Part shown: piece by piece, positions 49,393 through 61,400 of the stretch
Numbering within the stretch: the stretch's first letter is position 1
Layout: every line of letters begins with the position of its first letter
DNA from: an uncultured archaeon
GTDB taxonomy: Archaea; Aenigmatarchaeota; Aenigmatarchaeia; GW2011-AR5
Reading direction: 5' to 3'
NCBI GenBank assembly: GCA_964373255.1
Contig: CAYJTG010000001.1
Location: 82,768 to 146,767 of the forward strand
DNA: 64,000 nt
Made by a program: the position numbers and the translations under genes
Notes under the pieces: generated by a model
The model's database searches: none
What the model saw: only the letters and a program-made list of their open reading frames with translations
Told to the model about the DNA's origin: nothing

Positions 49393-49651
49393 CTGACCAC
49401 ACTTGACAAATTTTTCTTTTTCTCTACTCTGCACACAAAAGTTTAAATATGTATATATTTTTTGTGGAATGAAATCCTGCAATTTTTCATTCATCCCTGT
49501 AATGCTTTTGTAATTGAATTGTAATTCGTGCCGTCCCAACGAACTTCTCCAGTGCAGCCAGCCTTGCTTTCAATTCCGCATTCTCGGTAAAATTTTATGT
49601 TGCTCAAAATGTAACGAAATGTTTATAAATAGTAAACAATAAGTTTATTGT

Positions 49652-50188
49652 ATGGCAGCACTTTTTCAAAAAGAAATGTATAGGATAATAGAATTTATTT
49701 TGGATAGTACATCAAAGACAACAAAGGTAAGGGAACTGGCAAGGCTGCTGAATCTAAGCCCTGCTCACGTCAGCAGAACTCTGAAAACTCTGGAGAGGCA
49801 CAAAATTATTAAAAATGGTTCTGTGGATTTGTCCAATCCTTACGTGAAGGCATTAAAGATCTTTTTTAATATACAAAAACTGACTGACAGCAATGTTATA
49901 AGGATATTAAAAAAAATAGAACCAGCAGGTGCGGGTATTTATGGCTCGTGGGCGAATGGGACGAATAACGAAACTAGTGATGTTGATATTTGGATTAAAG
50001 TAGAAAAAAAGGCAAACGAAACCAAAATAGCGGTTTTATCGAGTAAGATGAGAAAAGCCCTCCGTAGAAACATACAATTATTGGTGCTCACGCCAGAGAG
50101 GATAGGCAGGCTAAAAAGAGATGACCCGATTTTCTATTATTCGCTCGTCTTTGGCTCTATAAACATTTATGGTGAATCCCTTGAATGA
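49652..50188 (+). CDS. Minimal nucleotidyltransferase (MNT) antitoxin-like protein with N-terminal wHTH
   Basis: GIYGSWANGTNNETSDVDIW (GSx9-13DxD) nucleotidyltransferase motif. Confidence 0.6.
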   Translation: MAALFQKEMYRIIEFILDSTSKTTKVRELARLLNLSPAHVSRTLKTLERHKIIKNGSVDLSNPYVKALKIFFNIQKLTDSNVIRILKKIEPAGAGIYGSWANGTNNETSDVDIWIKVEKKANETKIAVLSSKMRKALRRNIQLLVLTPERIGRLKRDDPIFYYSLVFGSINIYGESLE

Positions 50189-50606
50189 ATTGGAAAAATG
50201 TTTTGAAAAAGGTTTGATAAGAAAAACGCTTCCATCAATAGAAAAGTCGTTGAAGGGTGTTAAGAAAGCTAAAAAATGGCTGGAAGAGGCTAAGAAGAAT
50301 TTTGAATTTGGTCTTTTTGACAGCTGTTTGGTTTCTTCCTATTCCGCTATGTTTCACGTCTCAAGGGCTTTGTTGATGAAGGATGGATTCAGGGAGAAAA
50401 GCCATTACTGTGTTGTAAGATACATTGAAGAAAAATATGTCAATACAAAAAAGCTAAACCATATTATTGTAGATCTATTGGACAGGTTCAGAGAGCTCCG
50501 GCATGAAGACCTCTATGAACTGGACTTCTTTGCAACAAAAGACGACGCAAAAGAAGCGATCAAGAATGCGGAGATCATCATAAAAGAAATAGAAAAGCTT
50601 ATTTGA
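50169..50606 (+). CDS. HEPN-domain protein (toxin partner of MNT)
   Basis: RELRHEDLY (Rx4-6H) HEPN motif; 20-nt overlap with the MNT gene. Confidence 0.6.
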   Translation: MVNPLNELEKCFEKGLIRKTLPSIEKSLKGVKKAKKWLEEAKKNFEFGLFDSCLVSSYSAMFHVSRALLMKDGFREKSHYCVVRYIEEKYVNTKKLNHIIVDLLDRFRELRHEDLYELDFFATKDDAKEAIKNAEIIIKEIEKLI

Positions 50607-50608
50607 AT

Positions 50609-50762
50609 TTTCTTCACTTCCCGCCCAGCACCGCGACATTAATACCAAGCTTCTTCTCAATCGCCGCCAGCCTTGATTTCAGATCACTCATCTCTGACCT
50701 GAGCTCTGTGTTCTCCGCCTTCAGCTTTGCTAGCTCGTCAAGCGCCTGCTTGAAGAAAAAGT
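50609..50762 (-). repeat. Copy A of the giant-gene 3'-end repeat (encodes ...KQALDELAKLKAENTELRSEMSDLKSRLAAIEKKLGINVAVLGGK* with no start codon)
   Basis: About 99% identical over ~115 bp to 52443..52557. Lacks an ATG, and abuts the stop of the DUF2283-like gene. Confidence 0.7.
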
Positions 50763-50984
50763 CTAGAGCTCTTTTACAAGGAATTTCATCTCTGGTATCA
50801 AGTCCTTCTCGTGCTGCACATTAAACTTCTCGAAGCCTATAACTTCACCTGTTTTAATGTCTTTTTTTATAATGAACTCTTCTTCCGTTTCTTCGCATAT
50901 GGCTTTTCTAGGCTTCACAAACCATACGTCCAGCGTGTTGCCCTCTTTGTCAAAAATTACTGTTATTTCGTTTCTTTTTTCCAT
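50763..50984 (-). CDS. DUF2283-like small protein (antitoxin-like partner)
   Basis: ITVIFDKEGNTLDVWF resembles the DUF2283 YDxExDxLYI core; 22-nt overlap with the upstream gene. Confidence 0.45.
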   Translation of the reverse strand: MEKRNEITVIFDKEGNTLDVWFVKPRKAICEETEEEFIIKKDIKTGEVIGFEKFNVQHEKDLIPEMKFLVKEL

Positions 50985-51277
50985 ACGATATCACCTTTCT
51001 TCATCTTGTCCGCCATGTAAGCTGTTATGATAACTCCCGCTCCGTCAAGATGCCTTATAAGTACGCAGACATAATACTTGTACTTCTTATAATAAAGGTA
51101 TACGTTCTTATCCTTTTTGCTTCTGCGCACTTCATCTGGCTCTTTCAGCGTTTCCTTGACTTCCTTTTCGTAGTCGGCCATAATAGGGTGCTTGAATTCT
51201 GATATAAGTGCCCAGCGCATTTCTGTTATTACAACTTTCTTACCCAACACAGAAATGACTTCGAATCTAATCTTCAT
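50963..51277 (-). CDS. DUF4258-like small protein (toxin-like partner)
   Basis: About 100 aa with basic composition; operon with the DUF2283-like gene. Confidence 0.45.
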   Translation of the reverse strand: MKIRFEVISVLGKKVVITEMRWALISEFKHPIMADYEKEVKETLKEPDEVRRSKKDKNVYLYYKKYKYYVCVLIRHLDGAGVIITAYMADKMKKGDIVWKKETK

Positions 51278-51370
51278 TTATTTCTCCTGTATAATCATTT
51301 TACAGATACGTATAAAAAATAGCAGGTACTTCTCAAAATTATGCCGATGACACAATGTATTTTGTTTTCT

Positions 51371-51556
51371 TTACTTCCCGCCCAGCACCGCGGCATTAAT
51401 ACCAACCTTCTTCTCAATCGCCGCCAGCCTTGATTTCATATCACTCATCTCTGACCTGAGCTCTGTGTTCTCAGCCTTCAGCTTTGCTATCTCGTCGAGC
51501 GCCTGCTGGCTATTCGCCGCTGCTGTCTCATTCACCGCATCAATCTTGCTATTCAA
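51371..51556 (-). CDS. 61-aa coiled-coil ORF = copy B of the giant-gene C-terminus (MNSKIDAVNETAAANSQQALDEIAKLKAENTELRSEMSDMKSRLAAIEKKVGINAAVLGGK)
   Basis: The last 45 codons are near-identical to the giant protein's C-terminus. It has its own ATG. Confidence 0.4.
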   Translation of the reverse strand: MNSKIDAVNETAAANSQQALDEIAKLKAENTELRSEMSDMKSRLAAIEKKVGINAAVLGGK

Positions 51557-51858
51557 TTATTTGGTTGCATTGACAGTGGTATTTCTATGCAGAGAATCTA
51601 CTCTGACAATTTTTTATAGTCATTTCTTGCTTTTACAAGTGAATTATTGAAGTCTTTCTTGTTCATTTTTGCCATATCTTCTCTAGCTTTGTGTATTCTT
51701 TTCATTATTTTTGATTCTTTCATTCGAGCACCTCTTCTGGTGTATTTATCATAATTTCCGAATATCCCAATTCTCGGTTTATCTTATTTACGCCTACAAT
51801 AGTTTTCAGTTTCACAAGTTTAAATATATAGATAATTATTGTTATGTGGGTGAAAACT

Positions 51859-52041
51859 ATGAAACCGCTAGAGGAGAAGTTAGATCTGATTGAAAAAGAA
51901 ATCAACGAATTGAAAATTATAGTTATGCGGCAAAATACACCAAAAACTAAGGTTTCTTTAAAAGGGTCTTTGAAAGGCCTTAAAATTGATGAGAACGAGA
52001 TAGAAAAGGTAAAAAAATCGATATTTAAATCTGGTGCATAA
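51859..52041 (+). CDS. Antitoxin-like small coiled-coil protein upstream of the PIN gene
   Basis: Overlaps the PIN gene start by 8 nt. Start at MKPLEEKL (the track gives 51844). Confidence 0.4.
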   Translation: MKPLEEKLDLIEKEINELKIIVMRQNTPKTKVSLKGSLKGLKIDENEIEKVKKSIFKSGA

Positions 52042-52432
52042 AATGATTTATGTTACCGACACGCATTCATTTCTTTGGTACTTATCAGGAGACAAAAGAC
52101 TTGGCAAAGGTGCAAAATCTGTTTTTGACAAAGCTGAGAACGGAGATGCAACTATAGTTATCCCAACCATAGTTCTTGCAGAATCTTTGTACATCCTTGA
52201 AAAAGAAAATGCTATTATGAAATTCAAGGACATCATAAAGAAGGTTGAAATTGGTTGGAACTATACAACAATTTCACTGGACATGCAAATCATTAAAAGA
52301 ATAGAAGACCTTACAAAGCTCTCCGAATTGCACGACAGAATAATAGTGGCATCAGCCGACATTCTGAATGCAGATCTGATAACAAAAGATGAAAACATAA
52401 AGAAAAGTGGTTACGTTAAAACGATCTGGTAA
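52034..52432 (+). CDS. vapC: PIN-domain ribonuclease toxin (VapC-like)
   Basis: Conserved acidic residues (VTDTH, LAES, HDRIIVASAD, TKD) at PIN positions; 132 aa. Confidence 0.65.
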   Translation: MHKMIYVTDTHSFLWYLSGDKRLGKGAKSVFDKAENGDATIVIPTIVLAESLYILEKENAIMKFKDIIKKVEIGWNYTTISLDMQIIKRIEDLTKLSELHDRIIVASADILNADLITKDENIKKSGYVKTIW

Positions 52433-52442
52433 GTCTGTTCTT

Positions 52443-55400
52443 TCACTTCCCGCCCAGCACCGCGACATTAATACCAAGCTTCTTCTCAATCGCCGCCAGC
52501 CTTGACTTCAGATCACTCATCTCTGACCTGAGCTCTGTGTTCTCCGCTTTGAGCTGCTCAACCTGTTGCTGCTGCTGTTGAATCGCGTTGACTAAGACTG
52601 GTGCGAAAAGATCATATTCTAGGCCCCAGAGTGTTCTATTCTCATCAGCCGGTTTATCAACAAGTTCTGGCATAATGGGATAGACATCTTGAGCCACTAA
52701 ACCAATGATTTCCTTGCCGGAGTTTTCCACCACAAGCGTATTGTTATCAAAATGGGAGTTTTGATAGAAATAGCGTTTTGGAGTGAGTTTCAATACTTCA
52801 GCGAGACCATAATTGAGCGGTTGTTGATTGCTCTTTACCCGACTATCGGAAGTACTCCACCATTGCCAAGCCCATCCTTGACCGCTTGCATCAGCTGTAG
52901 TTGGAAGCTCTAAACGATGCGTTGGGCTGGTCATCCCGATGCCGACGTAGCCGCTTGGTGTAATTTCCATCACATTAATGCCATCGGCGTCATTCCTAAT
53001 ATTGAAGTTGCCCACTCGGCCTGATACTCCGCTTCCTAGTGTCCGTACTCTCCATTGCTTACCACCTGAGCCTGTATTTGCAAATTCTATGCCTGTTTCA
53101 ATAGTATTTGCATCAGCAAGTTCAAGGAGCATATCTGGCGCCAGAACCCCGATGCCGACTTTGCCGGTTGTTCCAGTAATTACAATGCCTGCAACCCCTG
53201 CACCTCCCGAATTTGTGCTAAGAAGTATTTTGCCTCCATTTGTTCTGTAAACAATATCTCCGAGAACAGAACCTGTAGCATAAGCATCATTAAAGGTAGG
53301 AAGCGCGATATAACCCCGAACTGTCCCTGATGTTTTCAATACTATTGCTGGATATTGTGTTCCATCAAGAGTAATCCCATCACCTCCTGTGGTGGTGTAA
53401 ACACTGAGTTTAGTGCCTGGGTTTGTAATCCCGATGCCGACGTTGCCTTGGTTAAAATACACGCTTCCGCTGTTCGGGATGGCCCAGCTGTTGCCAGATA
53501 AGTCGGCACCGCGGAAGTAAACAGGCCTTCCTGCGGTACCATCAGTAATGTAGTGCGTTGGAGAGTACAGATAAGTCGTACTGATACTATTCCTAACGTA
53601 GAACCCCCACCCAGCTACCGAACCATCAACCACCAGGCCAGTTACACCATCAACTACCGTACTGCCTCCAATATAGTTGTCGAACCTGGAGGTGCCAACC
53701 ACATGTAACTTCGCCCCAGGCCCCGTCGTCCCGATGCCGACGTTGCCGTTTATGTTGGAAAGAATCGATGTTCTCGAATAAGTAGTTCCAGTATCTGGAA
53801 TGGCAGCGTACTGGGTGAGATCCCCGGTGTTTAATGATACAGACCCATAGTATTGAGCTGTCCATGGAACTCCGCCCAGCCAGCTAGCGCTTGCCTGTGC
53901 CCAAATAGACAGATAATTCGGGCCGAGACCGGTTCCGCTGCGGCGGACTACTTTTACATCTGCGATGGTATACTCGCTGCCCCCAGTTACTTCATGCTCA
54001 ATGTTATAAGTACTTTCTATGTCAGATCCGCCATTCCTGAACTGCACCGAGATCGTCTCTACCGAGTCGCCATGGTTTGGGTTTGTCGGAAATACGCTCC
54101 ATACAACGCCTGCCGCACTGTAAGCCCCATTAACAGTCAGCTCTCCAATCTTGATCCACTTGCCACTGCTGTCGCCGTTCGTATGGAGCCATGTCCAGTG
54201 CCCGCTTTGCATGAGAGTGCCGCTGCTTCCTGCCAGCCGGAATGAGCCTGCAACATCCAATTTACTCCCCGGATTCGTCGTCCCGATGCCGACGTTGCCG
54301 CTGGTTACCATCAACCCTTTCCCATTGACAATCTCAACGTAACTCTTGTCATAACCTGTCCCAACTCCTGTGCCCGCGCCTAGCTGAATTCCTGTATCAA
54401 AGTTTATCCTCAATTGCTGATAGGTATTTGCTGTCCACGCGCCGGACATCCGGTAAATTCCGTAGGCTGCGCTAGGCGTCACCCCTGAGACGTGCCAATA
54501 AATACCATAGGTCCCATCCGTGGCTACCGACCCTCCGCTAGGCTGTAACACAATGCTGTTAAGGTTTGTCCCGATATTCCCACTGACCTCAAGCTTATAG
54601 TTTGGTCCCGTCGTCCCGATGCCGACGTTGCCGCCGTTAAGAATTGTCATTTTTGTAGTCGGACTACTAGCAGCACCAGCAGTTGTTCCAGTTCCTGTGT
54701 CAAAATTGAAAGCTCCATCTACCATTCCAAGAATAACTGATTTATAGACACTATATTTATTTACCCATCCAGCGGCGGTGTATTGAGTATTTCCAGTTAT
54801 ATAACTATCGTAAGCATTTCTAAACAAAACTCCAAAAGCTCCAGCATGCATTTCACTATATGCTGCATTTGTAGCAGAAAAGCTCCCCGCACCAAGTTGA
54901 AGAAGTCCAGCAGGTGCCGTCGTCCCGATGCCGACGTTGCCGGTATTCATAATTCTCATTCTTTCTGTAATTTCATTTCCGCCAGATGCTTTTGTCCCGA
55001 AAAGTAAATCAACACCATAGTTACCAACCTGCTTGCCAACGATAGCTCCGCCAGCATAATTTTCCAGAGCATTGTGAAAGATTAATCCTTTTTTACCAAC
55101 CAAATCACCTATCGCATCATTTAGAGTTCCTAAAGCAGTTACTCTGCCAATATCCAGAGTGAACACAGGACTCGTCGTCCCGATGCCGACGTTGCCGTCA
55201 TTTTGAATCCTCATCCGTTCTCCGGCATTGAAAGTTGTACCAGTGAGGAATCGAATGGATGCTGCTTGCAAATTCTGGATGTTGAATTGATTATTGTCCC
55301 GCTCAGAGAAAACTACCCCCATCTGGTTTCCGCTATTAATCCAACGTATCCCCGAGGTTACTCCTACTCCATTAGCCGCAGATGGGTTGTCCACAACAAT

Positions 55401-58400
55401 CTGTTCAGACCGTCCAGCAACTGAGTTTTCAACCTCGAGTCTATCTACTGGACTCGTCGTCCCGATGCCGACGTTGCCGCTACTTAACACAACAACAGCT
55501 GGTGTCGAAAAGGTTGAACCCCCATTTGCCGTTGATGGAGTTATTTCAAATCCATTGTTGACATTAAATTGTCCACCTATAAGCCAGTTTCTTGTCGCAC
55601 CGTCTGTTTGAACAAATGTAAGTCTTGTATTGCCATCGGTTGTAGCTAATGTCAGTTTCGTAAGCGGACTCGTCGTCCCGATGCCGACGTTGCCTGTTGT
55701 TCTATCTAAATACATTTTCCCATCATCAAAATTAATATTATCATTATCACCTAATCTTAGAATAGAACCGCCACCCGAAGCATAAAGATAAGTATCATTA
55801 TCAATAACGATATTACCTCCCACAACGCTTAACTTTGCCGCCGGACTCGTCGTCCCGATGCCGACGTTGCCGTTGCCTAAAACTGTGAAACTCGTGTCAG
55901 CCGGCGCACCTGCATTGGCAAGAGATAAATAAAATCTTCCAGTCTGAACATTATTACCATTCTGAAGAATACCAAATTCTCCAAGCAAATTTTTCGTTGC
56001 TCCGCCGTCCGTGTAAGAACGGATTGAATATCCTGCGCCATTAGCAGAATTTGCGTGATAAGTTGATATATAACCATCTTGAACTTGTAATTTTGTATTT
56101 GGACTCGTCGTCCCGATGCCGACGTTGCCGTCGCCATTGATTCGAAACGCTGTATTCGGCATTCCAACACCGTAACGCACATTCAATAAAGCAAACCCAT
56201 TTCCAGATGATTCGCTTCCAATATCAACGACAGTGCCGGTGTATGATGCGCTTGAAGCGTACAGCCGTGCAGCCCCTTGACTCGTATCCGAAGTAAAGAC
56301 TTCGAATTTTCTAGCAGGCCCCGTCGTCCCGATGCCGACGTTGCCGCTTGTATCTATTCTCATTCTCTCAGTATTACCGCCAGTACCAAATCGGATAACT
56401 CCACCGGTACCAGCACTTGCTAATAAATTTAATCCGCCAGATGTAGTAGAGTCAGCTTCTAAAGTTACACTATCTTGAACATACAAACCAGATGTCGTAT
56501 AGGCACTTCCAAATGTATATAAATATGCATTAGCGGCATCTGACGCTATTTGTATAGATGCGAACGAATTATTCGTTGTTTTAGATAAATGCAATAATGA
56601 TGCAGGCCCCGTCGTCCCGATGCCGACGTTGCCTGAAGATGTGGCAAGAAGCGTCTGCCCAGAGACGTTGAGAAGGCTTGTCGCGATTGAAGAAGGCGAG
56701 AAGATGCCTGCAAGCAATGTGCCTGTTATGTTAGCGTCGCCCACGACAACCAGCTTCTGATTAGGCGCCGTCGTCCCGATGCCGACGTTGCCTTCACCTA
56801 ATGGGTCGCCAGCTGGGGTGATAGTAAGATAATCACTAGCACCAGCAGTCTGACCCCCTCCTACTTTAAATCGATAACCATCTGAATAGTCTAATCCCAT
56901 ATGCCAACCGACGACATCATTAGAATTCAATGCTACGGTGGCATCACCAGCCATCTTTCTTAATGTCAATATTTCTCCCGGCGCCGTCGTCCCGATGCCG
57001 ACGTTGCCTGAAGAGTCTATCCGCATCCGCTCAGTCAATACCGAAGGTGTAGCAGTGTTAGCAGTAAAAAAGGTCATTAATCCGGGGACACTGTTATCAG
57101 CGATTGTTCCTTCTGTTCTGAATGCTATCCTCGCAGCCAATTTATACCCCGATGTAGCACCTGAATATCCGTATCCATTTATTATTAAAGGATAATCTCC
57201 AGTGGTGATAACCAACGGAACTGCGTTTGTTCCTCTTGATTTGTACGAATCAATCGCCAAACCTTGAACATTATTATCAGCGGCAAACGCCGTAACCATA
57301 GACAGCGTGCTCGGGTCATCCGATGAAAGTGTAAGGCTTCGACCATGTGCAGTGCTTGATAATGTGCCAGTCTGTATATCAAGTTTTGATGTCGGTGTCG
57401 CCGTCCCGATGCCGACTCTTCCTGTATTATTATCGACAAACAAAACGTTGTTGCTCACAGTGAGGTTTCTTGTAACAACCAAGTTCTCAGGAAACGTATA
57501 AGCCGTTGTTCCGCCAAATGTACCGACAGTTATGTTAGCGGCAGGAAGTGATGTAGTCGCTGGCGGTATCGTCGGTGTGTTTGTCAGGTTGGAATAGTCT
57601 AATTTTATCTTGTTATTCAGTGTTGTTCCGTAATCGCCAGTTATGTTTTGTATCGGCAGGCTTGTAGTAGCAGGCGGTATCCCTGTTGTATTGGCATAAG
57701 CGATTGTAAGCTTATTGTTCCATGTCGATAAATCGCCTGTGATGTTTGCAGCAGGGAGCGACAGTCCGTTCAATGCTATCGTGACGGTGTTTCCTGACTT
57801 TGATGTCAGTATCGCGCCCAGCCCTGATATTGTTGTAAGCACCGAAGAGCCGCCAATCAAGACGTCTGTGCCAAAGTACCCGCGCCTCCATGTCCTCGAC
57901 GTGAAGCCTATGTCAAAGGTGTTGTCGAATACAGAAGGCGGCAGTATCGAGCCGTTGACAGAAAGATTATTGACATTCGTGTTCGTGAGGTTGCCCAGCA
58001 GGAATAGGTTCCTGTTTATAATAACGTCATTGTCAAACGTCCACACACCTGTCACTGTTTCTGTTACACCTTTTCTCGGCACGACAGACGTGTCTATTGC
58101 AACATCGTCTGCGTTTATGGTTATCCCTGTGCCCGCACCAACAGTTAATGTGCCCGAGCCGCCCAATGCGATAGACCCGCCACCGCTCAATCCAGAGCCT
58201 GCCGTGACCGTGAGCGATGAATTGACAAGGTCCTGATTAGCTACGCTGCTGTCTGTTAAATTAGCTCCAGACAGTCCGCTCACGCCGCCATACCCAGCGT
58301 CAGCTACGCAAATTGATGAAGAAGTGCCGTCTATTAATGTTACATTCCTTAAAAATTGTCCTACTGCGCATTGTTGTGAGAATCCGCCTGTCACGTTCGC

Positions 58401-61400
58401 TATTGGAATTGTTGATCCGCCTGCTCCCTGGTCAGCCACGCACTGCAAAGTACCATTGGCTGTCGTGCTCAATACTTGCCCTGATGAGCACTTTGTGGCG
58501 TGAAGCACAACGCCAGACGTGAAGTTCTGCAGGGCCGTGAACTTCTGGTTATCCCTGTTCAATAAAGCGGCATTGATGCTTAGCCGTGCATCTGCCAGTA
58601 TTCCGCTTGTTATGTTCGTAGCGTCTAGTGTTATCTTGTTGTTCCAGAATGACAGGTCGCCGGAAATGTTCTGCGCCAATAATGTGATCTTGTTGTTCCA
58701 GAATGACAGATCGCCGGAAATGTTCTGCGCCAATAATGTGATCTTGTTGTTCCAGAATGACAAGTCTCCGCTGATGTTCTGCGCCAGCAGTGTCAGCTTG
58801 TTGTTGCCGTTGCCCCAGACAATTGTCGGGTTCGGGTACGTTCCTGAGAGGTCGCCGCCTGATGACTGCCCCTCATTTATGTACGTCGTGTTGCCGTATC
58901 CGCTGTCAAAAAATACAGTGCCTGATGTTGTTATAGGATTAGGACTCAATATTATTCCCAGACCTTGGCTTATGCTCGTGACCGTGCCATTGCCCTGGCT
59001 GACGATCTGATTATCCACGTAAGTTTTCGTAGCCGCATCGCTTCCCTGCGTAGGCGTGCCAAGGTTGGTTATTCTTTTTGCCCCAAGGTTGATATTTTCC
59101 GAGAACGTCACGTTGCCTATGGTTATATTTGGAATTATGACAGATTTCCCTGTTAGTGTGCTCAGCACCGGCCCGATAGTGCCTTCTATGCTGATGCGCA
59201 GTTCAGACGTCGCCCCTAAATCCTGGCCGACCGCCCTCAGCCCGCGGTTGCCGAAAAGCTCTATGTATATTGCTGACGGCATATAGTTGCCGCCCCAGTT
59301 ATATCTGGGGTCATTCATGTAATTTGTGTCTAATCCGCCCCAGCCAGGATCGCCACCGTATGAAAACTCGATCTGTCTGGTGCGTACAGACTTGTCTACC
59401 GTAAGAACGCCGCCGCGGTCAGCCCCTGTTCTCTGCAGGCGCAGGCCTCCGTATATGGTCTGGTCGCCCACGCCTATTATAGGCGTATCCTGGTATTCGC
59501 TGATCACATTGCCGGAATTCATCTGGACAGCGTCAAAATAGCCAAAGCCTCCGCTTGAAGGGCCAATAGCCTTGAGCTCGATATGAATGACATCGCTCGG
59601 GTTCATCGTTGCCTTTGTCGTGAACTTGCCAGTGATAAGCGCCCAGTTTGTCGAGGTGCTGGACTGCTCTGTGAAACCAGACACGAGCGCTGTGCCTGTT
59701 ACATTTAATCTTACGCTTACCGTCCCGTTCCTCTTTGCCCACACGCCCACGCTGTACGTCTTGTTCGGCTGCAGTTTGTACGCGAGTATGTCCTGCGAGA
59801 TTTTTCCAAGATTGCCGCCGCCCGGGTCGAGCTTTAGCGCGTTGTAGCCTTGAAATACGTCTGTTCCAACAAAATAAGAAGCAGGCGCGTACTGGTAAGC
59901 AGTTCCGCTGTTCTGTATCCAGCCGTCGGCAATAGCAGAAATCTGGTCGCCGCTCCACGACGAGCCGCCGCTGAAGCTCTCGAATCCGCCATTCCTCACT
60001 AGATTGGAGAAATCCTGCTTGATCTTGCCGCCCGAGAACTGGAATTCCTGAGTGTTTGTGTCGAACTGCAGCGTCTGCGCGCTGCTGCCTGAACCGAACG
60101 TGATCGTAGGCGGCGATGCGCCAAGCACGCTCAAAGAGCCGTTCACTTCAACGCTCGCGCCGAATGAGATCGGATATGTCGCGCTTGCGTTGAACACTAT
60201 CGCCTTCTGCCTTGATGTATTTGTTGGCTGCGCCGGGTCGTAGAATGTTATAGCAGGCGAGCTTGCCGCTATCTGAAGCGGCGCGCTGAAAATAAATTTT
60301 CCGTTGCTGCCAAGCGTGGTATCGAATGTTATGTTCTCCCACCCGTCACTTGTTTTTCCAAGAATGATGGTGCCGTTTGACGTTGTTGCCGCAGGCGCAA
60401 GCACGGCATACAACACGCCTGATATGTTTACAGCGCCTATTACTTCAAGTGTGTTCTGCGGGGCTGTCGTCCCAATCCCAACCCGTCCCGTATTATTGTC
60501 AACGAACAGGATATTATTGCTCACGGTGAGATTTCTTGTAACAACAAGGTTTTGAGGAAATGTATAAGCCGTAGTGCCGCCAAAAGTCCCGGCTGTTATA
60601 TTTGCCGCGGGCAGCGTCGAGCCGCCTGCTCCCTGGTCTGATACGCACTGAATTGTTCCGTTTGCCGTTGTCGACAAGACTTGTCCGGCAGAGCACTTCG
60701 ATCCGTGGACAATGACACCTGAAGAAAGATTAGTTGTCCCCACGACCTGGAGCGTGAACAGCGGCGAAGTCGTCCCAACGCCGACGCTGCTTGTCCCATT
60801 GCTCACAAACAGGACGTTGTTGCTCACCGTGAGGTTCCTTCCGATCACGGTATTGCCAGACGCATCAACATTCGTGAATGACTGACTGCCGACATACAAG
60901 GTTCCTGTGACATTGGCATCGCCAGCTACAGTTAATGCTTGCGTCGGGTTAGTCGTTCCTATGCCGATGCGGCTGCTTGATTCATAAATAACAGAATTTC
61001 CCTGCGACGTTGACCCGGTCCATTTTGGTATGTAGTTTGACGAACCGGTTCCTGTAATATTTCCTGTCACAGCCACGCCTCCTACGTAGAGCGCGCCTGT
61101 GATATTTGCGTCGCCCGAGACCGTCAACTCGTGCGTAGGCAATATGCCAATGCCAACCCTCCTGTTCGCCGTGTCAACGATAAGTATCTGCGTGCCTGTG
61201 GAGTTAAAAATCCTAAAAGCACTTGTGGAGTCAGAAGCAGGTGTGAAGTTTGCTGTGCCCACGACCGCAAATGTCTGCTGCGGGCTCAATGTCCCTATTC
61301 CAATCCGGCCTGTATTGTTGTCGACAAAAAGAATATTATTGCTCACAGTGAGGTTTCTTGTAACAATCAAATTCTCTGGGAACGTGTATCCACCAGAGCC

